A stretch of 32,000 nt of DNA from assembly GCF_000010625.1 (NCBI RefSeq), contig NC_010296.1, positions 4,200,001 to 4,232,000 on the forward strand, read 5' to 3'. Position 1 is the stretch's first letter. Every line of letters starts with the position of its first letter. This document shows, piece after piece, positions 1 through 8,498 of the stretch. Source of the DNA: Microcystis aeruginosa NIES-843 (GTDB lineage Bacteria; Cyanobacteriota; Cyanobacteriia; Cyanobacteriales; Microcystaceae). A program made the translations under genes and the position numbers. The notes under the pieces are model-generated. The model saw nothing but the letters and a program-made list of their open reading frames with translations, made no database searches and was not told the origin of the DNA.

Positions 1-879
1 TTCCGCTTCCAGAGCTTGCTGAGTAGCATTTAATTGCTCCTGTGCTGCGGCCGCCTGCTCCTGTGCTGCGGCCGCCTGCTCCTGTGCTGCGGCCGCCTGC
101 TCCTGTGCTGCGGCCGCCTGCTCCTGTGCTGCGGCCGCCTGCTCCTGTGCTGCGGCCGCCTGCTCCTGTGCTGCGGCCGCTTGCTCCTGTGCTGCGGCCG
201 CCTGCTCCTGGGCCGCTTCTTCTGGCAAGGGGATTAAATTGCCTTCCGGGTCATAAAATCTCGCCCAAATTGCCGTTTCTCGGTCAATAGTCCCCTCCCA
301 AGTTCCCAACCAATAGCCTAAGGTTTCGCACCATAACCAGCCGCGCTCGTTTCGTTCTAAAGAATGGTAGCGTTGGTCTGCTCCTAAATGCCATCCTTGT
401 AAAGAATTGGCATCAAAAGGATCGTAGATGAAATAATCTGGCGTGCGGAAGGTTCGCTCATAAATGGCTTTTTTTCGCACTTTATCGGTTCTCGCGGTAC
501 TAGGAGAGGTTAATTCCACGATAACGTCAGGATAACGTCCCTCTTCTTCCCAAATTACCCAACCCTGTCGCTCTCTGCTGCCATCGACATTGAGGACAGC
601 GAAGAAATCAGGCCCGCGAAAATCGCGATTTTTCGCCTGTTCGCGGCTGAAATAAATAAACATATTGCCACCCGTGTAGAAGTCGTCTCGCTCACCGTAA
701 CCTTCCTGTAGGGAGCGAATCAGCACATTCATGGCAATGCGGTGTCGGTTGCTTTCCAAGGGTTCACCATCATCAAAAATTAAGTCTGTGGGGGGTGGGG
801 GGGGTTCCCAGAAGTCCTCGAAATCTTCTTCTATCAGTGCCGGAGAGGTGGCAGTTTCGTCGCTTTTGGCAATCGTCAT
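1..879 (-). CDS. Uma2 family (DUF820) PD-(D/E)xK restriction-endonuclease-like protein. 3' end runs off the window start. C-terminal tail is (AAAAQEQ)n.
   Basis: My own minus-strand translation from ATG (cat at 877-879) reads MTIAKSDETATSPALIEEDFEDFWEPPPPPTDLIFDDGEPLESNRHRIAMNVLIRSLQEGYGERDDFYTGGNMFIYFSREQAKNRDFRGPDFFAVLNVDGSRERQGWVIWEEEGRYPDVIVELTSPSTARTDKVRKKAIYE... This is the typical Uma2 layout. The frame stays open to position 1, which is why it is missing from the ORF track. Confidence 0.8.
   Translation of the reverse strand, partial: MTIAKSDETATSPALIEEDFEDFWEPPPPPTDLIFDDGEPLESNRHRIAMNVLIRSLQEGYGERDDFYTGGNMFIYFSREQAKNRDFRGPDFFAVLNVDGSRERQGWVIWEEEGRYPDVIVELTSPSTARTDKVRKKAIYERTFRTPDYFIYDPFDANSLQGWHLGADQRYHSLERNERGWLWCETLGYWLGTWEGTIDRETAIWARFYDPEGNLIPLPEEAAQEQAAAAQEQAAAAQEQAAAAQEQAAAAQEQAAAAQEQAAAAQEQAAAAQEQAAAAQEQLNATQQALEAE
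34..216. repeat. 21-bp tandem repeat (CTGCTCCTGTGCTGCGGCCGC), 8 full units plus one 15-bp variant
   Basis: Units at 34-54, 55-75, 76-96, 97-117, 118-138, 139-159, 160-180 and 181-201, then a partial unit at 202-216. The only variation is T vs C at the first base of units 1 and 8, which is synonymous on the minus strand. Each full unit contains GCGGCCGC. Confidence 0.95.
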
Positions 880-1087
880 TTTTTCGGCCTCTCTAGGTGG
901 GAGTATCCATGTTTTTGACTCTCGATCGATTCTATGATAACTTCATTGCCAACTTGATCATCTTTGCTCAAAAATATTGATGAATAAGCAAAAATTTTTT
1001 AACTCGCCGCAGTCTTATTAGCAGCGTTTGCGCCGAAGTGCCGGGGCCTGAGATAATCAGATAGCTATTATCTCAAAAACTATCACC

Positions 1088-2371
1088 ATGACGATCGATC
1101 CGCAACAACTCATCGAACTAGCTCTCAAATCGGGAGCGGTGGCAGCCGAAGTTTATCAATCTTCCTCCCTTTCCCATCCCGTTTTTTTTGAGGCTAATCG
1201 TCTCAAACAGTTAGAAAGTTCCGAATCCGTGGGAACTGCCTTGAGATTATGGCGCGAGGGTTGTCCGGGGTTAGCGGTGGGTTATGGTGATGTGGAACCG
1301 GAAATTTTAGTAGAAACGGCGTTAAATTTATCCTATCTCAATGCCCCAGAAGAAATCGAATTTTCGGCACCACGACAGGCAATTTATGACCCGATTGGGC
1401 AAGATGTGGCGGTAGAATCTTTAATCGAGATGGGTAATCAAATGATTGGCCATATTCGCCAAGTTTATCCTGAGGTTATTTGTAGTGGTGAATGGGAATG
1501 TGAACGGGAAATCACCCGTTTAGTTAATTCTCAGGGTTTATATTGTCAATATACCGATACAGCTTTGAGTTATTATCTGGGGATTGAATGGGTACGGGGG
1601 GAGGATTTTCTAGCGGTTTATGATGGAGAATATACTCGCAGTACTCCTCATCCCGAAACGGTAATTAAACAGTTATTGCAGCGACTACAATGGGCAGCCA
1701 ATAATGTGGATAGTCCCACGGGGAAATTACCAATTTTATTGACCGCTAATGCAGTTACCCTGTTATGGGGTACGGTGGCGATGGCTTTAAATGGGAAACA
1801 GATCTTAGAAAAGTCTTCGCCCTGGAGTGATAAAATCGGTCAATTGGTGATGTCAGAAAAGTTGACTTTATCCCAACAACCCCAGCGAGAACCCTATAGT
1901 TGTCCCTTTGATGATGAGGGAACTCCCACTAAATTTTTATCTTTAATTGAGGGAGGTAGAGTTAAGGAATTCTATAGCGATCTTACCACGGCAAGATTAT
2001 TAAAAACTCCTCCGACGGGAAACGGTTTTCGTCCTAGTTTAGGCGTTTATCCTCTGCCAGATTTGGTTAATTTAATCGTTGCACCGGGAGAGGGAACTTT
2101 AGAGGATTTAATCTCGCAAATAGACGAAGGCCTAGTTATCGACCAAATTTTAGGTCATGGGGCGGATATTTCGGGCGATTTTTCTGTCAATATCGATCTG
2201 GGTTATCGCATAGAAAAGGGCAAAATCACCGGACGAGTTAAAGATACAATGGTGACGGGAAATGTTTATACAGCTTTGCAGAATTTAATCGCTCTGGGGG
2301 CCGATAATCAATGGAATGGCTCCTGTTATACTCCCTCGCTAATTGTTGATAGTTTATCGGTGGTGGGGTAA
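1088..2371 (+). CDS. TldD/PmbA family metalloprotease (PmbA/TldE-like)
   Basis: 427-aa ORF with an ATG at 1088. Family-typical N-terminus (LALKSGAVAAEVY...) and C-terminal GHGADISGDFSV...G..I..G motif region. Confidence 0.85.
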   Translation: MTIDPQQLIELALKSGAVAAEVYQSSSLSHPVFFEANRLKQLESSESVGTALRLWREGCPGLAVGYGDVEPEILVETALNLSYLNAPEEIEFSAPRQAIYDPIGQDVAVESLIEMGNQMIGHIRQVYPEVICSGEWECEREITRLVNSQGLYCQYTDTALSYYLGIEWVRGEDFLAVYDGEYTRSTPHPETVIKQLLQRLQWAANNVDSPTGKLPILLTANAVTLLWGTVAMALNGKQILEKSSPWSDKIGQLVMSEKLTLSQQPQREPYSCPFDDEGTPTKFLSLIEGGRVKEFYSDLTTARLLKTPPTGNGFRPSLGVYPLPDLVNLIVAPGEGTLEDLISQIDEGLVIDQILGHGADISGDFSVNIDLGYRIEKGKITGRVKDTMVTGNVYTALQNLIALGADNQWNGSCYTPSLIVDSLSVVG

Positions 2372-2377
2372 AAATGT

Positions 2378-2513
2378 GGCGTTGTCAAATTGAAAGATGC
2401 TCCTAATCAGCACCGGAACTGAAATCACTAGGTGTAGGGCTAATTCATGAATTAGCCCTACAATAGGCGTTGTCAAATTGAAAGATGCTCCTAATCAGCA
2501 CCGGAACTGAAAT
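2378..2513. repeat. Two identical 48-bp direct repeats (2378-2425 and 2466-2513) flanking a 40-bp insert
   Basis: I compared the two copies base by base and they match 48/48: GGCGTTGTCAAATTGAAAGATGCTCCTAATCAGCACCGGAACTGAAAT. The period is 88 bp. The first copy starts 6 nt after the TldD/PmbA stop codon. Confidence 0.9.
2434..2461. repeat. 28-bp perfect palindrome GTAGGGCTAATTCATGAATTAGCCCTAC (hairpin element, copy A)
   Basis: The sequence is perfectly self-complementary. A related copy lies at 21301-21328. Confidence 0.9.
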
Positions 2514-2649
2514 TAACTCCCCCTACTTTTTGGGGTTAATTTTTTTGGGCTTTATTTGACCTGAAAAGAGGGGGGTCGCAGGCTGGCACGGATTCCCATT
2601 CTATAAGAAATTATCTGTCAAGTTGCGGGGTTTTGTCAAGCTTTTTGGG

Positions 2650-2722
2650 AAAAAAATTTAACCGACACTCAAGGGGAGAGAATTGTGGGCAGAGATATTA
2701 TTTAATCTCCCCTTTGAGTCGG
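2650..2722 (-). terminator. Candidate intrinsic terminator of the 559-aa membrane protein gene
   Basis: On the minus strand the arms CCGACTCAAAGGGGAGA and TCTCCCCTTGAGTGTCGG (2706-2722 and 2662-2679) pair and are followed by TTAAATTTTTTT. The loop is unusually long (about 26 nt), so this is tentative. Confidence 0.45.
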
Positions 2723-2728
2723 CATTTT

Positions 2729-4408
2729 TCAGCCCGGGATTAACGCTTTAGTTGCCGAGGCACCAAGGCGATTTAATTGCCGATTAATTTGCCATCCGAG
2801 GAGGGTTAAACCCAACCACTGAGTGAAGATTGCTAAAGCGAAAGAGGGAAGTGTAGCGTATTTAGTAGCGGCAATGGGAAGAAAAGTAAAAAACCATAAA
2901 AGCGGAGATTGACTGGGATTAACTCTCAAGACAGCAAAACAGAGGAAGGGGAAAATAATCAAAATGCCGATGCTAGTAGCTGCCAGCAAAGCGCGTTTAT
3001 TTGTGCTGGCTAACATCAATAATTGGGCGATAGCGGCATAGACTAAAATCATGTTCATTGCCAAGAGAAACCCGGCTGCAGTGGCTAGTTTATATTGATC
3101 GAGAGGGGCGATAAAAATAGCGGGAAGGATGAATAAAATAGCAATAGCGACGTTAACAGCCATGGCTAGGGTAGAAGGACTTTTTTCGCCAAAGATTAAA
3201 GCTTTCCCCAGACTAATGCCCTTTTTTCCTTGCAGATGACGATAGCGCGCCCAATCTTGGAGAGTTTGACGGGGGGGAGTGAGGGCAAAAAGGATTAACA
3301 AGCCAAAAATTGCCACAAAAACGCTAAGAATCACAAAATTATCGAAAATATAGCTCGGTTCCAGAGTTTGGAAGACAAAACCTAGGCTAATAGCACTAAA
3401 ACAGCCCATCATCCAGTAACTTTGGGGTTTACTAATAAGAGTAGCGAGGGGATTATGGAAGCGACGCTGGAGAATTCTGGTTAACCCGTAGGTACAGAGG
3501 GCAAAATTGAGCAAAATTAAGCTAATACCCACTATAACCGATTGCCAGAGAGATTGACCGTACCAACGCAGATCGAAGATTTGTGAGATTCCTAGATAAC
3601 GTACCGCATCGGGGGGGAGAAAGGTAGATTTAACTAGATAGGGGAGGACAAAACTAGGATTAAAGAGAATTAACCAATCAAAGGGGGTACGACCGTTAGG
3701 GCCCGATAAAGTAAAAATACTGCTATAAAACACAAAGAATAAGACCGTAGCACTGCCTAACCAGGGTTGAAATCCCCCTAACCATGGCGTGGCTAAAGCG
3801 AAACTAAGGGCGGCATGATAGAAAAAGGCACAACTAGCGATCAAAACCGCGTAGAAGGCTAAAATTAACGACAAGGGAATACCTGCTAATAAACCCGCTC
3901 CCAAGTGAAAGGGTAAAGCGAGAAGACAGACGAGATAGAGGAGAATGGGAACCCCGAAAATTTTGCCGATAAAAATCGTTCTGGCGGGTTGGGGACTCAG
4001 ACGGATAAAATTAAGTGTACCCCGGCGTTCTTCCCCGGAAAGATCGGCGATTAATTGATAGGTTCCCACCACCAAAAGAGCGAAAATGCCGGTAATACTC
4101 AGAAAAGTGAAGATATCTAACCACCATAACCGGGAGATAATCATCCATTGACCATTTAAGTCTTGGATGCAGTATTTAATCCCACTATGGAGATAATAAT
4201 CGTTGTTATTGGGGGGATTAGCGGTACAGTAACGACTAAATCCCGCCGCTACTGGCAAGAGATTTTGATAGTATAAATAAACTAATAATTGACCAACTAG
4301 GGAGATAATCGAGGCGATCGAGATATTTTTCGGGGTTAATCTTCCTTGCCATTCTCGCATAATTTGCGGGTTGGTTTCCGTAAGGCGATCGATTATTGTC
4401 GCTATCAT
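2729..4408 (-). CDS. Polytopic membrane protein of unknown function. Weakly ABC-2 permease-like.
   Basis: 559-aa ORF made of many long hydrophobic segments. It has an EERRGTLNFIRLSPQ motif after the first TM region, resembling ABC-2-type permeases. No partner ATPase gene is adjacent. Confidence 0.55.
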   Translation of the reverse strand: MIATIIDRLTETNPQIMREWQGRLTPKNISIASIISLVGQLLVYLYYQNLLPVAAGFSRYCTANPPNNNDYYLHSGIKYCIQDLNGQWMIISRLWWLDIFTFLSITGIFALLVVGTYQLIADLSGEERRGTLNFIRLSPQPARTIFIGKIFGVPILLYLVCLLALPFHLGAGLLAGIPLSLILAFYAVLIASCAFFYHAALSFALATPWLGGFQPWLGSATVLFFVFYSSIFTLSGPNGRTPFDWLILFNPSFVLPYLVKSTFLPPDAVRYLGISQIFDLRWYGQSLWQSVIVGISLILLNFALCTYGLTRILQRRFHNPLATLISKPQSYWMMGCFSAISLGFVFQTLEPSYIFDNFVILSVFVAIFGLLILFALTPPRQTLQDWARYRHLQGKKGISLGKALIFGEKSPSTLAMAVNVAIAILFILPAIFIAPLDQYKLATAAGFLLAMNMILVYAAIAQLLMLASTNKRALLAATSIGILIIFPFLCFAVLRVNPSQSPLLWFFTFLPIAATKYATLPSFALAIFTQWLGLTLLGWQINRQLNRLGASATKALIPG

Positions 4409-4620
4409 ATTTTTGTCCTCTCTACAGCCGTTATCAGGAGCTAATCCTAGATTAACCGCTCAACTAAACTTACTCAAACTTACTTAAAAGCCTGAAAGCT
4501 TAGTCATTCGTAGTTCGACTGGCTCACTAACAAGTGGGTCAAGCACTACAGGGTTAAACGGCAAACCCTTTATTCCCTGGTCAATGACATCAGGAATTAC
4601 TTTTCTAATGATGTTAAATG
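4409..4620 (-). ncRNA. Predicted position of the TnpB omega-RNA (reRNA). Not demonstrated.
   Basis: This rests only on established knowledge: in characterised TnpB systems the guide RNA covers the tnpB 3' end and the right end of the element. Small hairpins are visible (for example 4441-4457, GCTAATCCTAGATTAAC), but I cannot verify any conserved scaffold. Confidence 0.3.
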
Positions 4621-5740
4621 CCCCATTGACATCGGCATTTAACAACTGATTTGTTCCCATTTTATAAAGTCCCCTAGCTAACCTTTTTCCCTTAAATAAT
4701 GGTTTTTCTTCACCATATTTAGGTAACTCATCCCTATCTAAAGCACTGGATTGTGAGGTATAGGATTCTTCAGTTATTATGACTTTTATCCCTTTTAATT
4801 GAGCTTTATAGGTTAACATTTCTATTAATCTATTATGGGGAATATTGACAAATTGTTGATTATTCCTTTTTCCTAGATTAAGAGATTGTTTCATCCGCTC
4901 ATTATGCCCAATTATTAACGTCCCTATTTGATGAATAGTACACCAATCTATTACTCTTTTACTGGCTGTGTGTAGATAATTTTCTACTCGACAGTTTCGT
5001 TTATGGGTTAGGAATAGCAATCTCTTAGATGAGGGTTGATTATTTCTGGTTTTCAGTTGAGATTGTAAGCGGGAACGTTGTTTGTTGTAGAAGGTGTTAA
5101 TTGCTTTTAACGGTCTGCCATTTACCAAAAGAGGTGCTACACCTGTTTGATTTGTAGTTACAGCCATTAAGTTATTAACTCCTAAATCTACCCCAGCTAT
5201 CTCTTGTTTATCTGTGGTCTCCGACCGTCTTTCATAGACTATTTCAATGACATAACAGCTACTTTTGGGGACAATTCTCACCTCAATTATTTCTCTTCGG
5301 GAAGTCGGAATCTTTAAGTCGCTCATAGACAAGTGACAAATTCCTTCTTTTAAAGGTTTTTTATAAATTGATTCCTGAGAATATATCAGCAGGTTCCTTC
5401 CTTTGGTTTTGTCCTTATACTTAATAATTTTGGGTTTTCCTAAAAATTTTTCAGGGTGTTTTTTCCAAGCTTTAAAAGCGGCAAAATAACTAACCCAAGC
5501 TTGCTCCAATCTTCTGATTATCTGCTTGCTCACTTTCGTGGGTAAAGCTAAATAATCTGAGGTTTTAGATACCAGATGATAGAGTTGATTAAAACTCAGT
5601 TTTTGGGAGTTTTCAAAGAAATATTGGCGATAATGGTAGTTAGCTAGATTGAACAAATTTTTTGACAAAAAGGCATAATGGTCTATTTCTGACCATAAGG
5701 GATGGTTTTGACTGATAATATGACGTTCAACTAGCTTCAT
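4484..5740 (-). CDS. tnpB: TnpB (IS605 OrfB-type) RNA-guided endonuclease family protein
   Basis: RuvC-I D lies in IAGVDLGVNNLM, RuvC-II E in VIITEESYTSQ and RuvC-III D in NADVNGAFNIIRK. I prefer the ATG at 5740 (MKLVERHIISQNHPLW...) over the track's TTG at 5785. There is no cysteine between E and the last D, so the zinc finger is absent. Confidence 0.85.
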   Translation of the reverse strand: MKLVERHIISQNHPLWSEIDHYAFLSKNLFNLANYHYRQYFFENSQKLSFNQLYHLVSKTSDYLALPTKVSKQIIRRLEQAWVSYFAAFKAWKKHPEKFLGKPKIIKYKDKTKGRNLLIYSQESIYKKPLKEGICHLSMSDLKIPTSRREIIEVRIVPKSSCYVIEIVYERRSETTDKQEIAGVDLGVNNLMAVTTNQTGVAPLLVNGRPLKAINTFYNKQRSRLQSQLKTRNNQPSSKRLLFLTHKRNCRVENYLHTASKRVIDWCTIHQIGTLIIGHNERMKQSLNLGKRNNQQFVNIPHNRLIEMLTYKAQLKGIKVIITEESYTSQSSALDRDELPKYGEEKPLFKGKRLARGLYKMGTNQLLNADVNGAFNIIRKVIPDVIDQGIKGLPFNPVVLDPLVSEPVELRMTKLSGF

Positions 5741-5746
5741 ATCTTC

Positions 5747-5752
5747 ATTATA
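5747..5752 (-). promoter_or_regulatory. Consensus -10 box TATAAT (minus strand) 6 nt upstream of the tnpB ATG
   Basis: The minus strand reads ...TTATCAGGTATAATGAAGATATG. The -35 candidate (TAGATT, 17-nt spacer) is weak. Confidence 0.25.
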
Positions 5753-5900
5753 CCTGATAACCTTCTTAAAATCTATCGGTGGCAAAAGTTACGGCTCTTC
5801 TGGTTTCTGTGTGGAAACGAGGTCTATACTGATAGTTTCTTCGACAAAATAGTCCTAAAAGTGTTGCCCGATAAGCATTTCACGATTCTATAAGCAAAAA

Positions 5901-6192
5901 TTATAACCCACATTCCGCACCCTAAAGTGTCACATTGAAAATTTTATCTAAATCGTCAAAACGATTGCCGGCTCTGAATTACAGGCTAATTTGTTTGCCC
6001 AGCAGATGCACAATTAGCCCTAAAAATCTGATAGCTCTGATACCAAATTATTGAGATCAACTCTCATTAAGCTGGCGATCGCTGACTAGAGTGTGACACT
6101 TCATAATTCTTAGTAATCGCTAAAAGTCTTACTATACAAGGGCTAGAGCAACTTTTGATTTCAACGACTAGGGTGCGGAATGTGGGTTATAA
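5901..6192. mobile_element. MITE-like foldback element with 24-bp perfect terminal inverted repeats
   Basis: TTATAACCCACATTCCGCACCCTA (5901-5924) is the exact reverse complement of 6169-6192. The adjacent 10 bp, AAGTGTCACA (5925-5934), pairs with 6092-6101. The right arm is therefore split by a 67-bp insertion (6102-6168). Confidence 0.6.
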
Positions 6193-6435
6193 CACAAAGT
6201 CGAGAAGAGCCAAGTTACTTATTTTAGCTATCTAGCTACAGAAATGAGTAACTTTAAAAAGCTTTAGGTAGGTTTTTGGTTTCTGTGGTTAACCCAGTAA
6301 CTTCTCGATCGGTTCGGGGAGAAAGAACTCGATCGAGATGCAGCTAAAATCTGGGTTCGGGAATCAAAAAGGGAAAAGTGCCGGACCCGGGAGCTTCTGT
6401 TTTACACTAGAATTTGGCCGCCTGAATCTAGATCT

Positions 6436-8433
6436 ATGCCCACTCTGACCCTCAATTTTCCCCTAACTGCCGTTGTCGGCCAAGAAGCGATTAAATTAGC
6501 CCTACTCTTAGCCGCCGTGGATCCCGCCCTGGGGGGTGTGGTAATTGCCGGTCGTCGGGGAACCGCCAAATCAGTCATGGCGCGAGCGATACATTCCTTA
6601 CTGCCACCGATCGAAATTATCGCAGGTAATGTCTTTAATTGTGATCCCAATAATGCCGACGAATGGGACGATCGCACTAAAGAAGAATATAGCAGTGGAG
6701 AGGTCGCCACGGAAGTTATCCGGGCCCCTTTCGTGCAGATTCCCCTAGGAGTCACCGAGGATCGTTTATTGGGTTCCGTCGATGTGGAAGAATCGGTGAA
6801 ACAGGGGGAACCAGTCTTTCAACCCGGTTTATTAGCCAGCGCCCATCGGGGAATTCTCTACGTCGATGAAATTAATCTACTTGATGACCAAATTGCTAAC
6901 CAATTACTCACAGTTTTAAGCGAAGGACGTAACCAAATCGAACGGGAAGGCATCAGTTTTCAACATCCCTGTAAACCAATCCTGATCGCTACTTATAACC
7001 CAGAAGAAGGGGATTTACGAACCCATTTATTAGATAGAATTGCCATTGCCCTTTCCGCCGATGGTGTCCTTAGTTTAGACCAACGAGTAACCGCCGTCAA
7101 TCAGGCGATCGAGTATGCTGTTTCTCCCAGCGCTTTTATCGCCCAATATGCCCAAGAAATCGATGATCTAAAAACCGAAATTATTCTGGCGAGGGAATGG
7201 TTAAAAGAGGTAAAAATTAAACCCGAACAAATTAGTTATCTAGTGGAGGAAGCGGTGCGCGGTAGGGTAGAAGGTCATCGCGCCGAGATTTTTGCCGTGA
7301 GAGTAGCCAAGGCCGCCGCCGCTTTAGAAGGTCGGGATTTAGTCAGTGCCGATGACTTAAAAAGAGCCGTCGAATTAGTTATTGTACCTCGATCGCTGAT
7401 TACGCCGCCACCCCCAGAACAGGAACAACAGCCACCGCCACCACCGCCACCACCGGAACCGCCCCAAGACGAAAACCAGCAGGAACAGGAAGAAAAAGAG
7501 GAGGAGAAAGAGGAAGAAAAAGAGCCGGAACAGCCCGATAATCTGCCAGAAGAATTTGTTTTCGACCCGGAAGGGGTTTTACTGGATCCCAGTGTGCTGT
7601 ATTTTGCCCAGATGGCCCAGCGTCAGGGGAAATCGGGGGCGCGTAACCTGATTTTCTCGGAAGATAGAGGACGTTATATTAAGCCGATGTTACCCCGGGG
7701 CAAGGTGAAAAGAGTCGCCGTCGATGCCACTCTCCGGGCGGCTGCCCCCTATCAAAAAGCCCGTCGCTTAAGAAATCCCGAACGTCATGTGATTATAGAA
7801 GAAGGGGATCTGCGCTCAAAACGGCTGGCCCGCAAGGCCGGTTCTTTAATTGTCTTTGTGGTTGATGCCTCCGGTTCCATGGCCCTGAATCGGATGCAGT
7901 CGGCCAAAGGTGCGGTTATGCGTCTGTTAACGGAAGCTTACGAAAATCGCGACCAGATTGCCCTGATTCCTTTCCGGGGTGAGCGAGCAGATGTACTATT
8001 GCCACCGACCAAATCGATTACCCTAGCGAAAAAACGTCTGGAAACCCTGCCCTGTGGTGGCGGTTCCCCTTTAGCCCACGGTTTAACCCAAGCGGTTCAT
8101 GTGGGGATGAATGCCCGTTTATCGGGGGATATCGGTCAAGTGGTGATTGTGGCGATTACCGACGGTAGAAGTAATATTCCTTTGGCGAAATCTTTAGGCG
8201 AACCGATTCCGGAGGGTGAAAAACCCGATATTAAGGCAGAACTGCTCGATATTGCCGCTAAAATTCGCTCTTTAGGCATTAAACTGCTGGTTATCGATAC
8301 GGAGAAAAAATTCGTCTCCACTGGTTTTGCCAAAGAATTAGCCCTAAAAGCTGGGGGTAAATATTATCATCTACCCCGGGCCACGGAACAAGCGATCGCA
8401 TCTATGGCGCGAGGGGCAATTGCGGGACTGTAG
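6436..8433 (+). CDS. chlD: Magnesium chelatase subunit D
   Basis: 665 aa. It has an N-terminal AAA+-like domain (GRRGTAKS), a poly-Pro/acidic linker ([31 protein letters not shown]) and a C-terminal vWA domain with a MIDAS motif (VVDASGSM). Confidence 0.95.
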   Translation: MPTLTLNFPLTAVVGQEAIKLALLLAAVDPALGGVVIAGRRGTAKSVMARAIHSLLPPIEIIAGNVFNCDPNNADEWDDRTKEEYSSGEVATEVIRAPFVQIPLGVTEDRLLGSVDVEESVKQGEPVFQPGLLASAHRGILYVDEINLLDDQIANQLLTVLSEGRNQIEREGISFQHPCKPILIATYNPEEGDLRTHLLDRIAIALSADGVLSLDQRVTAVNQAIEYAVSPSAFIAQYAQEIDDLKTEIILAREWLKEVKIKPEQISYLVEEAVRGRVEGHRAEIFAVRVAKAAAALEGRDLVSADDLKRAVELVIVPRSLITPPPPEQEQQPPPPPPPPEPPQDENQQEQEEKEEEKEEEKEPEQPDNLPEEFVFDPEGVLLDPSVLYFAQMAQRQGKSGARNLIFSEDRGRYIKPMLPRGKVKRVAVDATLRAAAPYQKARRLRNPERHVIIEEGDLRSKRLARKAGSLIVFVVDASGSMALNRMQSAKGAVMRLLTEAYENRDQIALIPFRGERADVLLPPTKSITLAKKRLETLPCGGGSPLAHGLTQAVHVGMNARLSGDIGQVVIVAITDGRSNIPLAKSLGEPIPEGEKPDIKAELLDIAAKIRSLGIKLLVIDTEKKFVSTGFAKELALKAGGKYYHLPRATEQAIASMARGAIAGL

Positions 8434-8435
8434 CT

Positions 8436-8498
8436 GGGGTTTGCCGAAAAAGGTTTTCCTGGGGGCAGGGTGTAGGGTGTGGGGTGTGGGGTGTAGGG
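8436..8498 (+). mobile_element. Truncated copy of MITE family 1 (left end plus G-rich heptamer core)
   Basis: GGGGTTTGCCGAAAAAGGTTTTCCTGGGGGCAGGGTGTAGGGTGTGGGGTGTGGGGTGTAGGG matches the first ~60 bp of the full copies at 19907 and 26005 (reverse complement). Similarity is lost after 8498. Confidence 0.7.

Larger units (their letters stand above)
4409..5830 (-). mobile_element. IS200/IS605-family, IS1341-type (tnpB-only) element. Exact ends undefined.
   Basis: It contains only tnpB, and no tnpA (Y1 transposase) ORF occurs in the window. There is no second copy here to delimit the left and right ends. Confidence 0.6.

Noticed and set aside
34-290. Two plus-strand ORFs encoding repetitive peptides (LLLCCGR and PAPVLRP repeats)
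   Set aside because: They are alternative-frame and antisense readings of the 21-bp tandem array. The minus-strand frame continues a recognisable Uma2 protein, while these have no independent support.
1-2371. Uma2 endonuclease plus neighbouring genes as a possible defence locus
   Set aside because: Uma2/DUF820 genes are abundant stand-alone genes in cyanobacteria. The neighbour is a housekeeping TldD/PmbA protease transcribed divergently. No methyltransferase, ATPase or other defence partner is present in the window.
2378-2513. Possible mini-CRISPR (two 48-bp repeats ending in ...ACTGAAAT around a 40-bp spacer)
   Set aside because: There are only two repeats, and the repeat is longer than typical CRISPR repeats. 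The spacer is a palindromic repeat found elsewhere in the window. No cas genes or leader are present.
6402-6755. Minus-strand 117-aa ORF and plus-strand 67-aa ORF (6545-6748) overlapping the chlD 5' region; also 8136-8333
   Set aside because: They lie inside or antisense to a confidently identified chlD reading frame and have low-complexity, non-protein-like sequence.
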